Shown: positions 40,110 to 54,821 of the stretch, in pieces
Position numbering within the stretch: the stretch's first letter is position 1
Layout of the letters: the number at the start of each line of letters is the position of its first letter
Origin: Octopus vulgaris
Taxonomy: Eukaryota
Length of the DNA: 64,000 nt
Assembly (NCBI GenBank): GCA_951406725.2
Contig: OX597820.1
Location: forward strand, 102,796,001-102,860,000
Reading direction: 5' to 3'
Translations under genes and position numbers: made by a program
Notes under the pieces: generated by a model
Told to the model about the DNA's origin: nothing
The model's input: only the letters and a program-made list of their open reading frames with translations
The model's database searches: none

Positions 40110-42443
40110 AAAGGTTTGAAAATGCAATTTAAACGATGTTTATTTACTTAACCGGTTTCACTCTTTGTTAAAAAGATTGTCAAAAGTAACATTGAATATT
40201 ATGGGTTCAAAAAAGTTTTTTACATAATTGTCACATTGAATATTATGAATTCAAAAATGTTTTTTTATACATAATTGTCACATTACATGTATAAATATAG
40301 TATAAAAAAGTTCAATAGTGTGATGAGAATATTTGGAAAAATTGGCAGAAAAGAATAAAACAAATATATTATTGGAAATTTGGTTGCGTTAATTATTGGT
40401 TGTCGCAAATTGTCACATTACATGTATATATATACAGTCTTTGGTAGAAATGACATGTTAAAGACATAAGGAAGTGTAATAGTTTGGTGAGAAAGCTTGT
40501 AATATTGACAGAGAAAATTAAAATGGATATTTTAGACATCTCAGAATATTTTGAATCGAAGGCGAGAATTTGTTTTTTACTGACCTGTTTGTTTTAGCAG
40601 AAAAGTTGAATTGAGAGAAAAAAAGATATGTACCCAATTTGGTTTATACTTCCCCTTCAAGCATCAGTGACTTTGGGGTTATTGGGAGGTGAGTATGCGG
40701 GTGTGAATAGATGTGTCCGTGTGCCTGCTGGTCAGACAGCGTCTGTTTGTCACACACATATATACACACACACACACAACAACAATACACACACACACAT
40801 AGTATACACACACACACCACATACACACAACACACACACACACAGAACACACACACACACAACGCACCCACATATATAATATATACACACAGCACACAAA
40901 TATAACATGTATTTATATATAATATACACACATATATAACACATACACACACAACACACACACACACACTGACACACACACACACACACACACATATATA
41001 CATAATATAAATATCACACAAATACACCTAGCATATATATACACATACAATACACATACACAGCATGTATATAATACACATACACAATATATGCATGCAA
41101 TATACATACGCAATACATACATATAATATATATATATATAGACAATGCATATACATATATACATATATACATATAAATAGTGTTTACATACACATACATA
41201 GATATACCACATATACACACAATATACATACATACAATGCATACACATACACGTACGCATACATATAAAATATATAGACACACACACACATAACATACAT
41301 ACACAATGCATACATATATATACACGCAACGTATATACATGTATTCATGTATATATAGCACACTTACAATATACATATATACAATGCACACATACACACA
41401 TATATACACTTAATTGTACACATACATATACAATACACATACATACAATATACATATACACAATGCGCATGCAAATAATGCACATGTTTATACACCCATA
41501 TACATGAAAATATATATACACACACACACATACACACACACATATATATATATACACATATATATATATATATACACATATACATACATACATACATGCA
41601 CATACATATATTTTTTCACACACATACACACACATATATATATAAAATTCACACACACACCCACACACACAAAATACAAACCTATAGTGTACACACTCAA
41701 ATATATCTCTACATACCGCACACACACACAAACAATGTACTCACATATACACACATACCATGCATATACACACACAGCACACACACATATATATATATAT
41801 ATATATAAACAAATACACATGTAAATACATACACTCGTACACAATGCTCACACACACACACATACACACACACACGCACACAGTGCACACACACACACAT
41901 ATATACACACGTGCACACACACACACACAACGCGCACACACACACACATACACACACGCACACAGTGCACACACACACACACACATATAAACACACGCGC
42001 ACACACACACACACAACGTGCACACTCACACACACACACACAACACTCACACACATACATAACCTACATATATATAATGCATGCGTGTGCGTGCCACGTA
42101 TGTGTGCGGTCAATGCCCGCATAGGACACACTAGCGGGCATTGACCGCACACATACGTGGCACGCACACGCATGCATTATATATATGTAGGTTATGTATG
42201 TGTGTGAGTGTTGTGTGTGTGTGTGAGTGTGCACGTTGTGTGTGTGTGTGCGCGTGTGTTATATGTGTGTGTGTGTGTGTGCACTGTGTGCGTGTGTGTA
42301 TGTGTGTGTGTGTGCGCGCGTTGTGTGTGTGTGTGTGCACGTGTGTATATATGTGTGTGTGTGTGCACTGTGTGCGTGTGTGTGTGTATGTGTGTGTGTG
42401 TGAGCATTGTGTACGAGTGTATGTATTTACATGTGTATTTGTT

Positions 42444-42475
<32 letters not shown>

Positions 42476-43272
42476 CTGTGTGTGTATATGCATGGTATGT
42501 GTGTATATGTGAGTACATTGTTTGTGTGTGTGTGCGGTATGTAGAGATATATTTGAGTGTGTACACTATAGGTTTGTATTTTGTGTGTGTGGGTGTGTGT
42601 GTGAATTTTATATATATATGTGTGTGTATGTGTGTGAAAAAATATATGTATGTGCATGTATGTATGTATGTATGTATATGTGTATATATATATATATGTG
42701 TGTATATATATATATGTGTGTGTGTATGTGTGTGTGTGTATATATATTTTCATGTATATGGGTGTATAAACATGTGCATTATTTGCATGCGCATTGTGTA
42801 TATGTATATTGTATGTATGTGTATTGTATATGTATGTGTACAATTAAGTGTATATATGTGTGTATGTGTGCATTGTATATATGTATATTGTAAGTGTTAT
42901 ATATACATGAATACATGTATATACGTTGCGTGTATATATATGTATGCATTGTGTATGTATGTTATGTGTGTGTGTGTCTATATATTTTATATGTATGCGT
43001 ACGTGTATGTGTATGCATTGTATGTATGTATATTGTGTGTATATGTGGTATATCTATGTATGTGTATGTAAACACTATTTATATGTATATATGTATATAT
43101 GTATATGCATTGTCTATATATATATATATTATATGTATGTATTGCGTATGTATATTGCATGCATATATTGTGTATGTGTATTATATACATGCTGTGTATG
43201 TGTATTGTATGTGTATATATATGCTAGGTGTATTTGTGTGATATTTATATTATGTATATATGTGTGCGTGTG

Positions 43273-43303
<31 letters not shown>

Positions 43304-44157
43304 GTGTGTGTATGTGTTATATATGTGTGTATATTATATATAAATACATGTTATATTTGTGTGCTGTGTGTATATATTATATATGTGGGTGCGTTGTGTG
43401 TGTGTGTGTTCTGTGTGTGTGTGTGTTGTGTGTATGTGGTGTGTGTGTGTATACTATGTGTGTGTGTGTATTGTTGTTGTGTGTGTGTGTGTATATATGT
43501 GTGTGACAAACAGACGCTGTCTGACCAGCAGGCACACGGACACATCTATTCACACCCGCATACTCACCTCCCAATAACCCCAAAGTCACTGATGCTTGAA
43601 GGGGAAGTATAAACCAAATTGGGTACATATCTTTTTTTCTCTCAATTCAACTTTTCTGCTAAAACAAACAGGTCAGTAAAAAACAAATTCTCGCCTTCGA
43701 TTCAAAATATTCTGAGATGTCTAAAATATCCATTTTAATTTTCTCTGTCAATATTACAAGCTTTCTCACCAAACTATTACACTTCCTTATGTCTTTAACA
43801 TGTCATTTCTACCAAAGACTGTATATATATACATGTAATGTGACAATTTGCGACAACCAATAATTAACGCAACCAAATTTCCAATAATATATTTGTTTTA
43901 TTCTTTTCTGCCAATTTTTCCAAATATTCTCATCACACTATTGAACTTTTTTATACTATATTTATACATGTAATGTGACAATTATGTATAAAAAAACATT
44001 TTTGAATTCATAATATTCAATGTGACAATTATGTAAAAAACTTTTTTTGAACCCATAATATTCAATGTTACTTTTGACAATCTTTTACCAAAGAGTGAAA
44101 CCGGTTAAGTAAATAAACATCGTTTAAATTGCATTTTCAAACCTTTTTTCATATATA
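40099..44157. repeat. About 4.06-kb palindrome with arms of about 2.02 kb and a 13-bp spacer at 42121-42133
   Basis: 40099-42120 is the reverse complement of 42134-44157; mirrored ORFs, for example 40628..40879+ and 43377..43628-. Confidence 0.97.
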
Positions 44158-44187
44158 ATCCCACTCGTGCGATACCCCACAACTCAA

Positions 44188-44324
<137 letters not shown>

Positions 44325-44353
44325 ATGGATGTGTGTATGTATATATATGTATG

Positions 44354-44404
<51 letters not shown>

Positions 44405-45131
44405 ATACACCTGGAAAGGGAAAAAAACGCTAATACTATAATATACTAAAACGAAAATTCTCTTATATAATTTGTTCAGCACTGATATCCTATTACATTT
44501 AGGAAGAATGCTGTGACTTGTGTCCTAAGTCAATTTGCATTGTAAAGTAAAATGACTATAACCAGATGCCATATATACACGCAAACTAAATATTTCACGC
44601 CAGATATGCATTATTTATATGGATTGAGGTCTTGTATCTTACAATCATAGTATTGCAATAGTCTAATCTTACTGAACATCAGCAACACCTGTTCAGATAA
44701 ATAGACATTATCATATACTTCACACGTATAAAAATGTTCAAACTTTACAAATGCTGTACCTCAAGAGCTTTCATTGTAGTTACAGTCTCGGTCGCTGTCA
44801 AATAGCATCTCAATATTGGACTACCACTACAGAAAAACATAACTTCACTGCTGGGAGATTGCCGTCATTCTACGATTAATATATATTTCATATGTCTCGT
44901 ATAATACAACTGAATATGCGCACAAATATTTCACGTAACCACCATCATCCACCATGTAAGGAAAAGAGAAACCGCTCCAACCGATTAGCAAACAACTGCA
45001 CACTGCTTGTAATACAATAACATATATTGTATCCTCTCAATATTTATTCCGGTCTTCAGAATAATCTAGATATGTATGATTTTTACCACTACATATATAT
45101 CCCTTTCTGATGAACTGTTTTACACTTGCTA

Positions 45132-45521
45132 TACTCTTTTTTTTGTTTCAGTCAGTTGACTGCGGCCATGCTGGAACACCGCCTTTAGTCGAGCAACTCG
45201 ACCCCGGGACTTATTCTTTGTAAGCCCAGTACTTATTCTATCGGTCTCTTTTGCCGAACCGCTAAGTGACGGGGACATAAACACACCAGCATCGGTTGTC
45301 AAGCAATGCTATTGGAACAAACACAGACACACAAACATACACGCACATATATATACTTATATACGACGGGCTTCTTTCAGTTTCCGTCTACCAAATCCAC
45401 TCACAAGGCTTTGGTCGGCCCGAGGCTATAGTAGAAGCCACTTGCCCAAGGTGACACGCAGTGGGACTGAACCCGGAACCATGTGGTTGGTAAGCAAGCT
45501 ACTCACCACACAGCCACTCCT
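45132..45521 (-). mobile_element. Full-length tRNA-derived octopus-type SINE
   Basis: Minus-strand head aggagtggctgtgtggtgagtagcttgcttaccaaccacatggttccgggttcagtcccact with A and B boxes; close match to 47875-48277. Confidence 0.92.
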
Positions 45522-46504
45522 ACTACATTTACATTCTTGACTCGAAATAAACACGCCATAGCCATTATTTCCTTAGGAACAAACTCCCTAACCACCGATT
45601 ATATTTAGAAAACAAATTGATTTAATATCCCTCTCCTTACCAACATAAAGATGGTTAAACAAGTTATCAAAATAAAGCTAAGAATTTCTCCAGTTCATTA
45701 TTGCAGTAAATGGGCTCAATTTCTTGACTTTTCATGATAAGGTGGTTAATGTAGTTGTGATTATAGTTTCTTTTTTATTTCAATCTTGATCCAGCAAATC
45801 TATGACTAAAACATTTCCTGGTGTGATCAACAATTATAGTGCTAAACGAAAATCTAAAGCTTGTGGCAGAGTTTATGCGATTGAATTCAGCAAATATTAT
45901 AGTTAAAGATTTTTGCGGAACAAGTATCGTTAGTTTTATGTTTAATTAACATCAAAACCAGAAATATAAACAAGCTGAACCAGAAATTGTTTTTCAAACC
46001 TCGGTTGTACCACTTTTGTTTACATAAAAATAAATAGAATTTAGAAGGACAAGCGAGTCATTGCGACAACAGTTTCTCCACCTTCCACAGAAAATTGAAC
46101 TATTGGTTTATGTTTGCGCGTGACAACGGGAAATCAAACAATAAAACCTGTTTATTAGATTAGCGAAAATATTAGCTTAAAATATTGATGTGAATATTGA
46201 AAAATCTCCTTGATATTTTACTTGTTTTTTGGGTCATTCTGAAGTTAATTAAATTTTCAATGGCAAAACTACGTCACATCATTTTTCGTTACTCTCATCA
46301 TAGCAGCACAGGTTAGCATATATCTGATCCACAGAGCAGGTTAAGACTATCCAAAGACTTCTTCGTAGGCGTCATTCTGTTCTTATAACAACTTTATCGA
46401 TCGCACAACTCACCGTTTATATGCGTGTCTCTGAAAGCTTTTCTGATTTAAAAGATAACAATCATCATACACATAAACACACACACACACACGCACACAC
46501 ACAT

Positions 46505-47000
46505 GTTATTATTCGGTTTATTTCAAGATTTCTTGACAGTATAGAAACAACCGGTTTCTAACCCAGATCCAAGGCTTCTTTATTGGAATTTCAACATCAA
46601 TAACGGTATTTTTGTATGTATGTATGTATGTATGTATGTATGTATTATGTATGTATGTGCAGATTTGTTTGCTTTATGTATGTATTTTCATGTATATAAT
46701 TGCATATCTAGACATGCGCATATATATTTAAATGATAAACTTCTGGAAAGTTTTACAGACTTTTACAGTTCCAGTGATGGATTGGATCTGTAGTCTTCGA
46801 ATTAGCTTTCTCCTTTCTGGTTTTGAGAAGCCTAATTTCTCAAGATTGGTATTTAGGGAGTGTGTTACATATGCCAGGGACCCAATAATTACAAGTATAA
46901 ATCTGAACTTGTAATCTGGATAGAGCAACAACAGATTCTTCAATAGTTCAGCATAGGTGTTCTCTTTTTCCCTGATCTTCAGCTTTATGTAAACATCGCT
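46505..47000 (-). mobile_element. 3' end of an R4/Dong-like non-LTR retrotransposon with restriction-like endonuclease
   Basis: ORF end KIREKENTYAELLKNLLLLYPDYKFRFILVIIGSLAYV...LQIQSITGTVKVCKTF (K..KY..L and P.IIG.LG pattern); 3' UTR ending gaaataaaccgaataataa. Confidence 0.8.
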
Positions 47001-47411
47001 AGTATTCGTAGATCGAAACACAAACCGTGTTATCATGAATTCCTATTCGCTACTGTAAAATTACTTAGAAATTTGTTCGCATGTCACAAGTCATAATTCC
47101 AGATATAATGTAAGTTTCCTACACCATTCCTGAAGCGCGAAATTAATGAACATGGAATACAATTATCTAATATTATAGCAAATTAAATACAAAAGAAATG
47201 AGCGTGTATTATTTCTGTAACTAGTTCGTCGATAACTAAAAGTCAAGGACGAATCAAGAGTCACTGCCCCAGATCAAATTATTATAACGTATTCTTCTCA
47301 CGTACTGATACTGTCTGTTGAAGCGTAAACTTAAGTATAATTGCTTCATGAACTTCTAGTACAACACAGCTAACTCATAAAACACCTGCATACAATTAAC
47401 AAGCAATCGGC

Positions 47412-47509
<98 letters not shown>
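47412..47509. repeat. (TAG)n microsatellite
   Basis: Pure trinucleotide repeat. Confidence 0.97.
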
Positions 47510-47874
47510 GTCGTTCGTTGCATTTGAAAGTTACGTTTAAACGTGTTTAAATCTCCTACATGTATTATTTATAACAGAACCTAAGGGACACTAAGTAGGG
47601 TTCAATAATGAATTTCTTTAGGGTTGCGAAATATTCCCACAGCGTCTAGATTTTCAATATGAAATCTTTGTTTGTTACGTTTTCTGGCTTGTTATAAATC
47701 GTATGAATATCACATTTCCGAATTCACTTGGTTGTTTTGATCTACCTGTATACATTCCACTTGTTTTCCGTATCTTTTCCTAAAGGTTGAAATAGTGGGG
47801 AAGTCTTTAGTAGATAAAGACTACTTTCCTAAAGCTCTGTCTTACAATCTTTAATTTAGAATATACGATTTACT

Positions 47875-48277
47875 CTTACTCTCTTTTACTTGTTTCAGTC
47901 ATTTGACTGCGGCCATGCTGGGGCACCGCCTTTAATCGAGCAACTCGACCCCGGGACTTATTCTTTGTAAGCCCAGTACTTATTCTATCGGTCTCTTTTT
48001 GCCGAACCGCTAAGTAACGGGGACATAAACACACCAGCATCGGTTGTCAAGCAATGCTAGTGGGGCAAACATAGACACACAAACATACACGCACAAATAT
48101 ATATATATACATATATACGACGAGCCTCTTTCAGTTTCCGTCTACCAAATCCACTCACAAGGCTTTGGTCAGCTCGAGGCTATAGTAGAAGACACTTGCC
48201 CAAGGTGACACGCAGTGGGACTGAACCCGGAACCAACGTGGTTGGTAAGCAAGCTACTTACCACACAGCCACTCCTG
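47875..48277 (-). mobile_element. Full-length tRNA-derived octopus-type SINE
   Basis: Same family as 45132-45521, with an intact tRNA-like head. Confidence 0.92.
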
Positions 48278-48639
48278 CGATTTCTTTTCTTTTTCTTTTT
48301 TTTTTTTGACAATGTAGAAAATGTAAATAAATTAGAGTGTTTAGCAGACACGTACTCATATTTCATCAAGAGTCTAACAAAAGCGCCCACGAGGTTTTTA
48401 ATTTTTTCTTTTTAGTGAAAGAAACATAAAGAAATAATGGGCACAAAAAAAATAACTATATAGCAAATTTAAATATTTACCAATTGACGCCATTGGTGTA
48501 CTAACATTCATTAACCCGAACGACATGCAGCCCTTATCGTGATCTCTCCGCATTGCATCATTGTTTTTGTAACCATACAAACAACGAGTGTAGTTGTTCA
48601 ACAAACCTTCACTCGATCCATGCACATGAAAACGTACTT

Positions 48640-49090
48640 TCCTCTTCTACAATGGGGATGATAGGCTTTGGAGGATTAGCTTTGCTCTCTATTAAAATAT
48701 AGAATATAAAAAAGATTATTAGGTACGTTTCTACGTGCTCTAGCACCTTTTCGTTCCATGCTTGCTGCCCCTTACTTTAGAACCAGGTTTCGCCCCTACC
48801 TCTGACATCTCAAGTAAAATGGAAATCGCTGTCAATAATCAATTCTTTCATCAGTTTAAGTCTTGCACAATCTTCAAAGGCTCTTCTATAGCTTTTATAG
48901 AGGTTTGTAATCTTAACAGAGACTTGCCATCTTTTTAAATGCATCCGTTATTGGTTCTCCACTCAAAAGAACATCAGCGAAGACAATGTTGCTTCACTTA
49001 ATGCGAGTCAAACCTTCGACTGCCTATGAGATCAAAATATCCTGTCTATGTAGCACTCCGATTGTCCACATTTGTCTCTCAACGTTCTTA
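48640..49090 (-). mobile_element. Possible Tx1/L1 ORF1 remnant
   Basis: ELIIDSD...EVGAKPGSKVRGSKHGTKRC may be a decayed VEGR.P.C..CG...H....C zinc knuckle; many stops. Confidence 0.3.
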
Positions 49091-50341
49091 TAATTTTATA
49101 ACGAATGCTTGTCTGGATGTCGATAGTATGATGATAATGATTGTCATTTTTATTATTGATCTTGTTATTATTGTAATCATTCTTACTTAATTTCGTCAGA
49201 CATACATCAGATTGTCACACCACCTTTGTCTATATCAATGAAAAAAAAACGTTAGTTGACATAATTCTTATTGTCATATTTAATATGAAAATGAGAGAAT
49301 CACGCAATGGATACATTATACCAGCATATTAAAATTAATTTGTTTTAAACACAATTTAACAAGGTAAATGATGTATTGTATATGTGTGTGTGCGCGTGAG
49401 TATTCCATTTAATAAAAACACGATGTCAATCTTTTGATGTTATTTGCTTATGTGTATTATTAATTACTTTAATGAATTATAAACTTGATATTCGTTTGAT
49501 ATTTGAACATACCATCACAGAGTTAATAATGAATATAATGAAAAATATTTGATTTCTCTCTTCTGTTCTATCTTTTTAACCGTAATACAGGCCTGATATT
49601 CCAGACAAGATCCGACCCGCTTTTTGTTTTCCAAATAACACGTGGACCACATTATTCATATTTCTTTTACTGAAAACAATAGGACGTTATTTGATGGAGG
49701 TTTAGCTGTTATTTCTGCGAGATCGAGTCAGTACGAGAGGGCTCCCATTCCAATGAAAAGAATAAATCAGAATAACTGTTATTCTATTAAACAGAACACG
49801 CTGTGTTCTAGTAGCAGATTTATGAATGTGTTCTAGAGGCAAATTTAACTGCTATGAATGGTTTAATTGCAGCAGATCATGACATGAAATCTATAGCAGC
49901 TTTAGAAAATTGCAGTGCTGTGAAGAATTCATATGGTGATTGCTCGCCTATCTCTTCCGATGAAAGAATTTCAGATCATGGAATTTCAGCTGCACTTCAG
50001 TGGAATCCAAATGTGACATTGGGAAAATGTTCTGTGAATAAATATATTTCTACAGAGAATATTATGCAGTTTCCTATAATGACTAAGTAATTGACTATAA
50101 AAAGTTATATGATCCGATAACACTGCTTGTAGACGTTTCCCTCTCATGTTTTAAAAAAGTGCCGCACATATTATGATAATTCTGCTTTCCATCAATGCAG
50201 ATATTTTATGCGCAATAATAGTAACCAGTCTTCTTACCACATCCTCCATGTCCATATGGTTAGATGAAACAACCAGTTTTTATATTGCATAGATAGTTAC
50301 ACACACATAGCTACGACTATATATATATATATATATATGTA

Positions 50342-50390
<49 letters not shown>

Positions 50391-50419
50391 CATATATATA
50401 TACACAAACACACACACTT

Positions 50420-50467
<48 letters not shown>

Positions 50468-50573
50468 GTTGACAGCGAAGCGAAGAGTGGAGATTTTATT
50501 CACATCTGAAAACATGCATTCTAGTCATTGCAATTTCATCAAGGGTCTATCATTCACGCCAGGATAACTTATC

Positions 50574-50612
<39 letters not shown>

Positions 50613-50754
50613 GATAAAATTTTTCGAAAAAAAATTTAGCAATGGCCAGCATATTAAAAAGAATATGGACGATGTGTCTAGTTTCGGCATATTTGGCATT
50701 AGAAATTTTTATCTTTTGTCCTTGTTTATAAGTTGTATATATATATATATTCAT

Positions 50755-50814
<60 letters not shown>

Positions 50815-52134
50815 CCGAGGGATATGTGTATGTGAATATCTATTTGTACGGTTTATACCAGATATAACCTAGAAAGACCATAGTTCAATTAAGAAGTCAA
50901 TATACGGTTATGTGGAGTGTATAATTTATTTGAAGCTTGTAGCGAGCTCTCCGTGGGGATTTTTACCACTGATAAAATATCCATGTGTATGTATGTGTGT
51001 ATGTGTGTGTATGTGTATGTGTTTGCGTGTGTATGCGTGTATGTGTGTGCGCGTGCACGTGGGTGTGTATGTGTATGTGTGTATGTGCGCACGCGCAATG
51101 TATTTTGACTAATCAATGTAAATCGTGATTTACATGTAATTCTAGAATATTTTAAAGAGGCATATCACTTGCATTTGCCTATTCATTAGCAACACATTTC
51201 TCCTGATTTCTGGTATACTTTCAGATAAACTAACTAATTAAATAGTTTTAGACAGGATTCTCAAATCGCCCACGAACTTGATCAATAAACAAGTGTCCTT
51301 AGAATTCTAGAATCAATCCTAATTTATGAAGCCACAGGCTCTTTCCTCTCTCGATTTAATAAGAATAAAGCACAAGAATATGAATTCCAAGAGGTTCCGA
51401 CTTCTATCAATCTAAAAATGCTATTCACCTAGCTTAGACGCTACTTTAATGCAGTCTAGTAAATCTTAGAATCAACATATTACTCCAGTTTTCTAACAGA
51501 TCATTTGAAAGAATTTTAAGAGACACAAACTACCTGAATCATAATAACAAAACATTTCATTCGCTTGCAAGTATCATATAAATAGTTCTTACAATACTCT
51601 ACTCACTTACAAGTGGCACTTGAATAGTTTTTATACAACTACAAATTGGTTAACACGTTTTTAGTGAGTGAATAGTGATACTGTATACGCAGTAAACGCA
51701 GACTTGTTGGAAAGAGATGATGCCTCAAGTTATTAGAAAGCCATTAATCTGTATAAATTTCTTTTGTTTGAATAGTCACGTCGCAAATTGTGTTAAAGGA
51801 GGAAATCGTATAGTGGATTAAATAAAGATTGGTATATATTATTTTATCTACTTCAAAAGGGCGATAGATGAAAAAGAAAGAAGGGAAATAGATCGAAATA
51901 TTAATTCAAAAGAAAAGAGAAATGCATTGAGATGTTAATTCAGTGACAATTTTTCATTTTCTTTAACCAATCATATTGTTTTAATATTAGGAATACTGCC
52001 ATACTGGCGTGTCAAATTCTATGATTGTTGTCGTTTATACCGATCTCAGTACTTTGAGTGGTACTCAATATAAAGATATCGTAAAGAATAAATTGCCAAG
52101 TCCATCTAATTGTAAACGAAAGTGATGAACGCAA

Positions 52135-52280
52135 GCATTACTTAGAGGTTAAGATTCTTGGCTTTCAACTTTAAAGTTCCAGGTTCGATCCCGATGTGTT
52201 ATATCGTGGGTAATTGTTTTATCATAGTATCAAATCGACCCAAGCCTTATGAATGAAATTGGATTGACGGAAACAGTATA
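52135..52280 (+). mobile_element. Diverged tRNA-derived SINE head
   Basis: B box aggttcgatccc followed by cgacccaagccttatgaatgaaattgg...gacggaaac. Confidence 0.65.
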
Positions 52281-52444
52281 GATTCCAAGAGAGTGGAATG
52301 TACTCGCAATTCAAAAGCCCAGTCCTTGTTACACATTCCTAGCAGGAACAACAAGACTTGCCAATGAACATATGAACTCAGGGAAGCCAATGGGCCATCC
52401 AACTATGTGTACATATATGCATAAACACATTATATATGTGTATA

Positions 52445-52810
52445 GATGTTTAGTGGCGTGCTTTGACTCATCGAAATGAGTACAAAAGAAATAATTCAGC
52501 TCCATCTCCTCAGTTTCGAAGCCCGAGACAGCAGCCAAACCGTCCCTCGTTGAAGTACTGTGTAAACACACTTCTTCACTGCTTGCTGATAGTCATTTCA
52601 TCTGCTGGACTTCTTTGTATGGATTTCGGGGGATCAGGCATATGGAGTGATTCAGCACCATAAATTGACTGCTGATCGTATCTCAACTGCCTCTCAGTAG
52701 GATGTAATTCTGTACGTAGTGCTTTAACTTTCTCCGGATATTTCTTTCTGGATTTTAAAGCTGGAGATGCAGCTTGTATTCTTTTTCGTTTTCGATGCCT
52801 TGGGTCCATA
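52445..52810 (-). mobile_element. Possible LINE ORF1 N-terminal remnant
   Basis: Basic N-terminal ORF MDPRHRKRKR... broken by a stop; no splice signals seen; family not established. Confidence 0.25.
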
Positions 52811-53559
52811 TTCTTAAGTCACATCTTACCCACTTATGCAATATCTGCAGGTGTGCTTTATATAGTTTATTCGTTGCATGAATGGATTTGCTAATCGAAT
52901 TGTTGTATCTGAGTTGCTAGGGTTGTCTCTTTCCGTGCTGACTCTCAACAGTTACTGTTGGTTGCCATGTGATCTATTTTCATATGCCACTAATTAACAC
53001 AAGAATTTAGTTCTAACTTACGTCTCGCGGATACCCTGAGATGTATATGAGTGTGTCTGTGAGTGTGTGTGCGTATTTGCTAGAATCGGTCCTACTTCTG
53101 TGTAGGCGTACGGACGTAAGCAGATAACAATTGATCAAATGAGATAGATCATGGGAAAATAGGATACAAAGAGATTCTACCAGATATCAGACAAGCAAAC
53201 GCATTTCCCCCCTTTCAGCTGCGTGGGTTACTTGTCTGACTTCGTGCTTCACATATTTTTGTTTATCTCATTCTTGTCTCATGATTTACTTGTTTTATTT
53301 GCGTGGGTTTACCTATCTGTTTGTATGTCTGGCTATCTGTTTATCTCTCTCTTTCTATCTCTACATACATACATACATACATACATATCAATCTATCTAC
53401 TTATCATGTATATATATATATATATAAAATTAACTGGAAAATATAAAGGCCGACCTAAGCCTGGAGATCCAACATCACATATTAAAAACTCTAGGAAAAC
53501 ACACTCACCTCTATCCATCTCCTATATACCTTCATGATGGGACTAAATCCCGTTCCAAG

Positions 53560-54774
53560 TTCCTATCCCTGAATGACCGAAGTTTGTGCAACAAGTTACA
53601 CGTTTTTGAATCCTATATCAAGAGTATTGACTCGGATTTCATCACAGTCACCGAAACATGGGCACACTCTTTACTCTGTGATGGTGCTTTTAGCATAGCT
53701 GGTTACATGTTGAGCAAAGACTGTGCTAATCGTCGTGGAAGTTGCGTGATGATCTACATTCGGTCAAACTTTCCAGCTATTCCTTGTAATGATCCGAATA
53801 AATCACAACACGAGGCACTTCTTTGCGAATTACACATAAACATGTCAACACTGATACTTGGAGTTAGCTATCGCCCACCAAATAACCATCAAGATACACA
53901 GCTCTTTGAAATCCGAGGGTTGCTGCTCTGAAATATACAGATGACGTTAAGTTGTACGTCGAAATAAAAAGAACAGATCCTATGCGTTATGGAGCTTTCC
54001 TGTAATCAGACCTGGATACAATGCAGCAATGGATCTATGACTGACAACTCAAGCTAACTGTGAACAAGTGCGTTACCATGCATTTTGGGAGGAAATATAC
54101 AGTCTTTACATACTCCCTCAGCAACACCAATCTCAAGAAGTCTTCTAGCGAACGTTATCTGGGCATTATTGTAAACAACGATCTGCGTTCGACAAACCAC
54201 CTCTCTAAGATTGTCAAGAAAGCTGAGGGGTTGCTAACATCACTCAGTAAGACCTTTGACATCTACCCTCCACCTATCTGCTTAAAATTATATACGACAA
54301 TGGTACGTCCACACCTGGAATTGCATCTCCAGTCTGGAATTCCTATCTTGCCCAGCCTATAAAATCTCCTGGAAACTATTCGGCAACGTGAAACAAAACG
54401 AATACCCACCGACAGACATCTACCGTACTCTGAACGTCTTGCTTCCATGGGCATGGATACATTGAAGCTCATACGTCTGGCAACTGATTTAGTAGACATC
54501 CACTAGATTATCCACCATCATTCCAACAATAACCTTAGGCACCTTTTTGAATTCCATATGTCAACCACTCGCAGACATGTTTATAAAATCAAAAAACAAC
54601 ACAGCACCCATGACTTTCTGAAGCATGGGATAAACTACCCGCATCAGTTGTTAGCTGTCGAGACGCTACATTCTTCAAAACTTCCATGCTTCTTGGAATC
54701 CGCCAACTGTACACCTGATGGCCTTTTATCTTTAGTTGTAGTGCGCCTGAGCACTGTATACAACAATTTCCTTC

Positions 54775-54775
<1 letters not shown>
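53560..54775 (+). mobile_element. CR1-clade LINE ORF2 remnant with a large internal deletion
   Basis: APE motifs DFITVTETW and GVSYRPP joined near 53915-53935 to RT motifs YTDDVKLY, NKCVTMHFG, ERYLGI, LYTTMVRPHLE and LPYSERL. Confidence 0.9.

Positions 54776-54821
<46 letters not shown>

Noticed and set aside
40644-43612. Long Cys/Val/Tyr and His/Thr ORFs up to 287 aa
   Set aside because: Translations of CA/TA low-complexity DNA, mirrored on both strands by the palindrome.
49560-49740. Strong-looking acceptor at 49590 followed by a short ORF
   Set aside because: The frame closes after about 37 codons inside what looks like a SINE-derived fragment.
50600-50730. Partial hammerhead (minus strand gccGAAActagac) between TA tracts
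   Set aside because: Only the 3' half is visible, with no core or stem I partner, so it is not counted.
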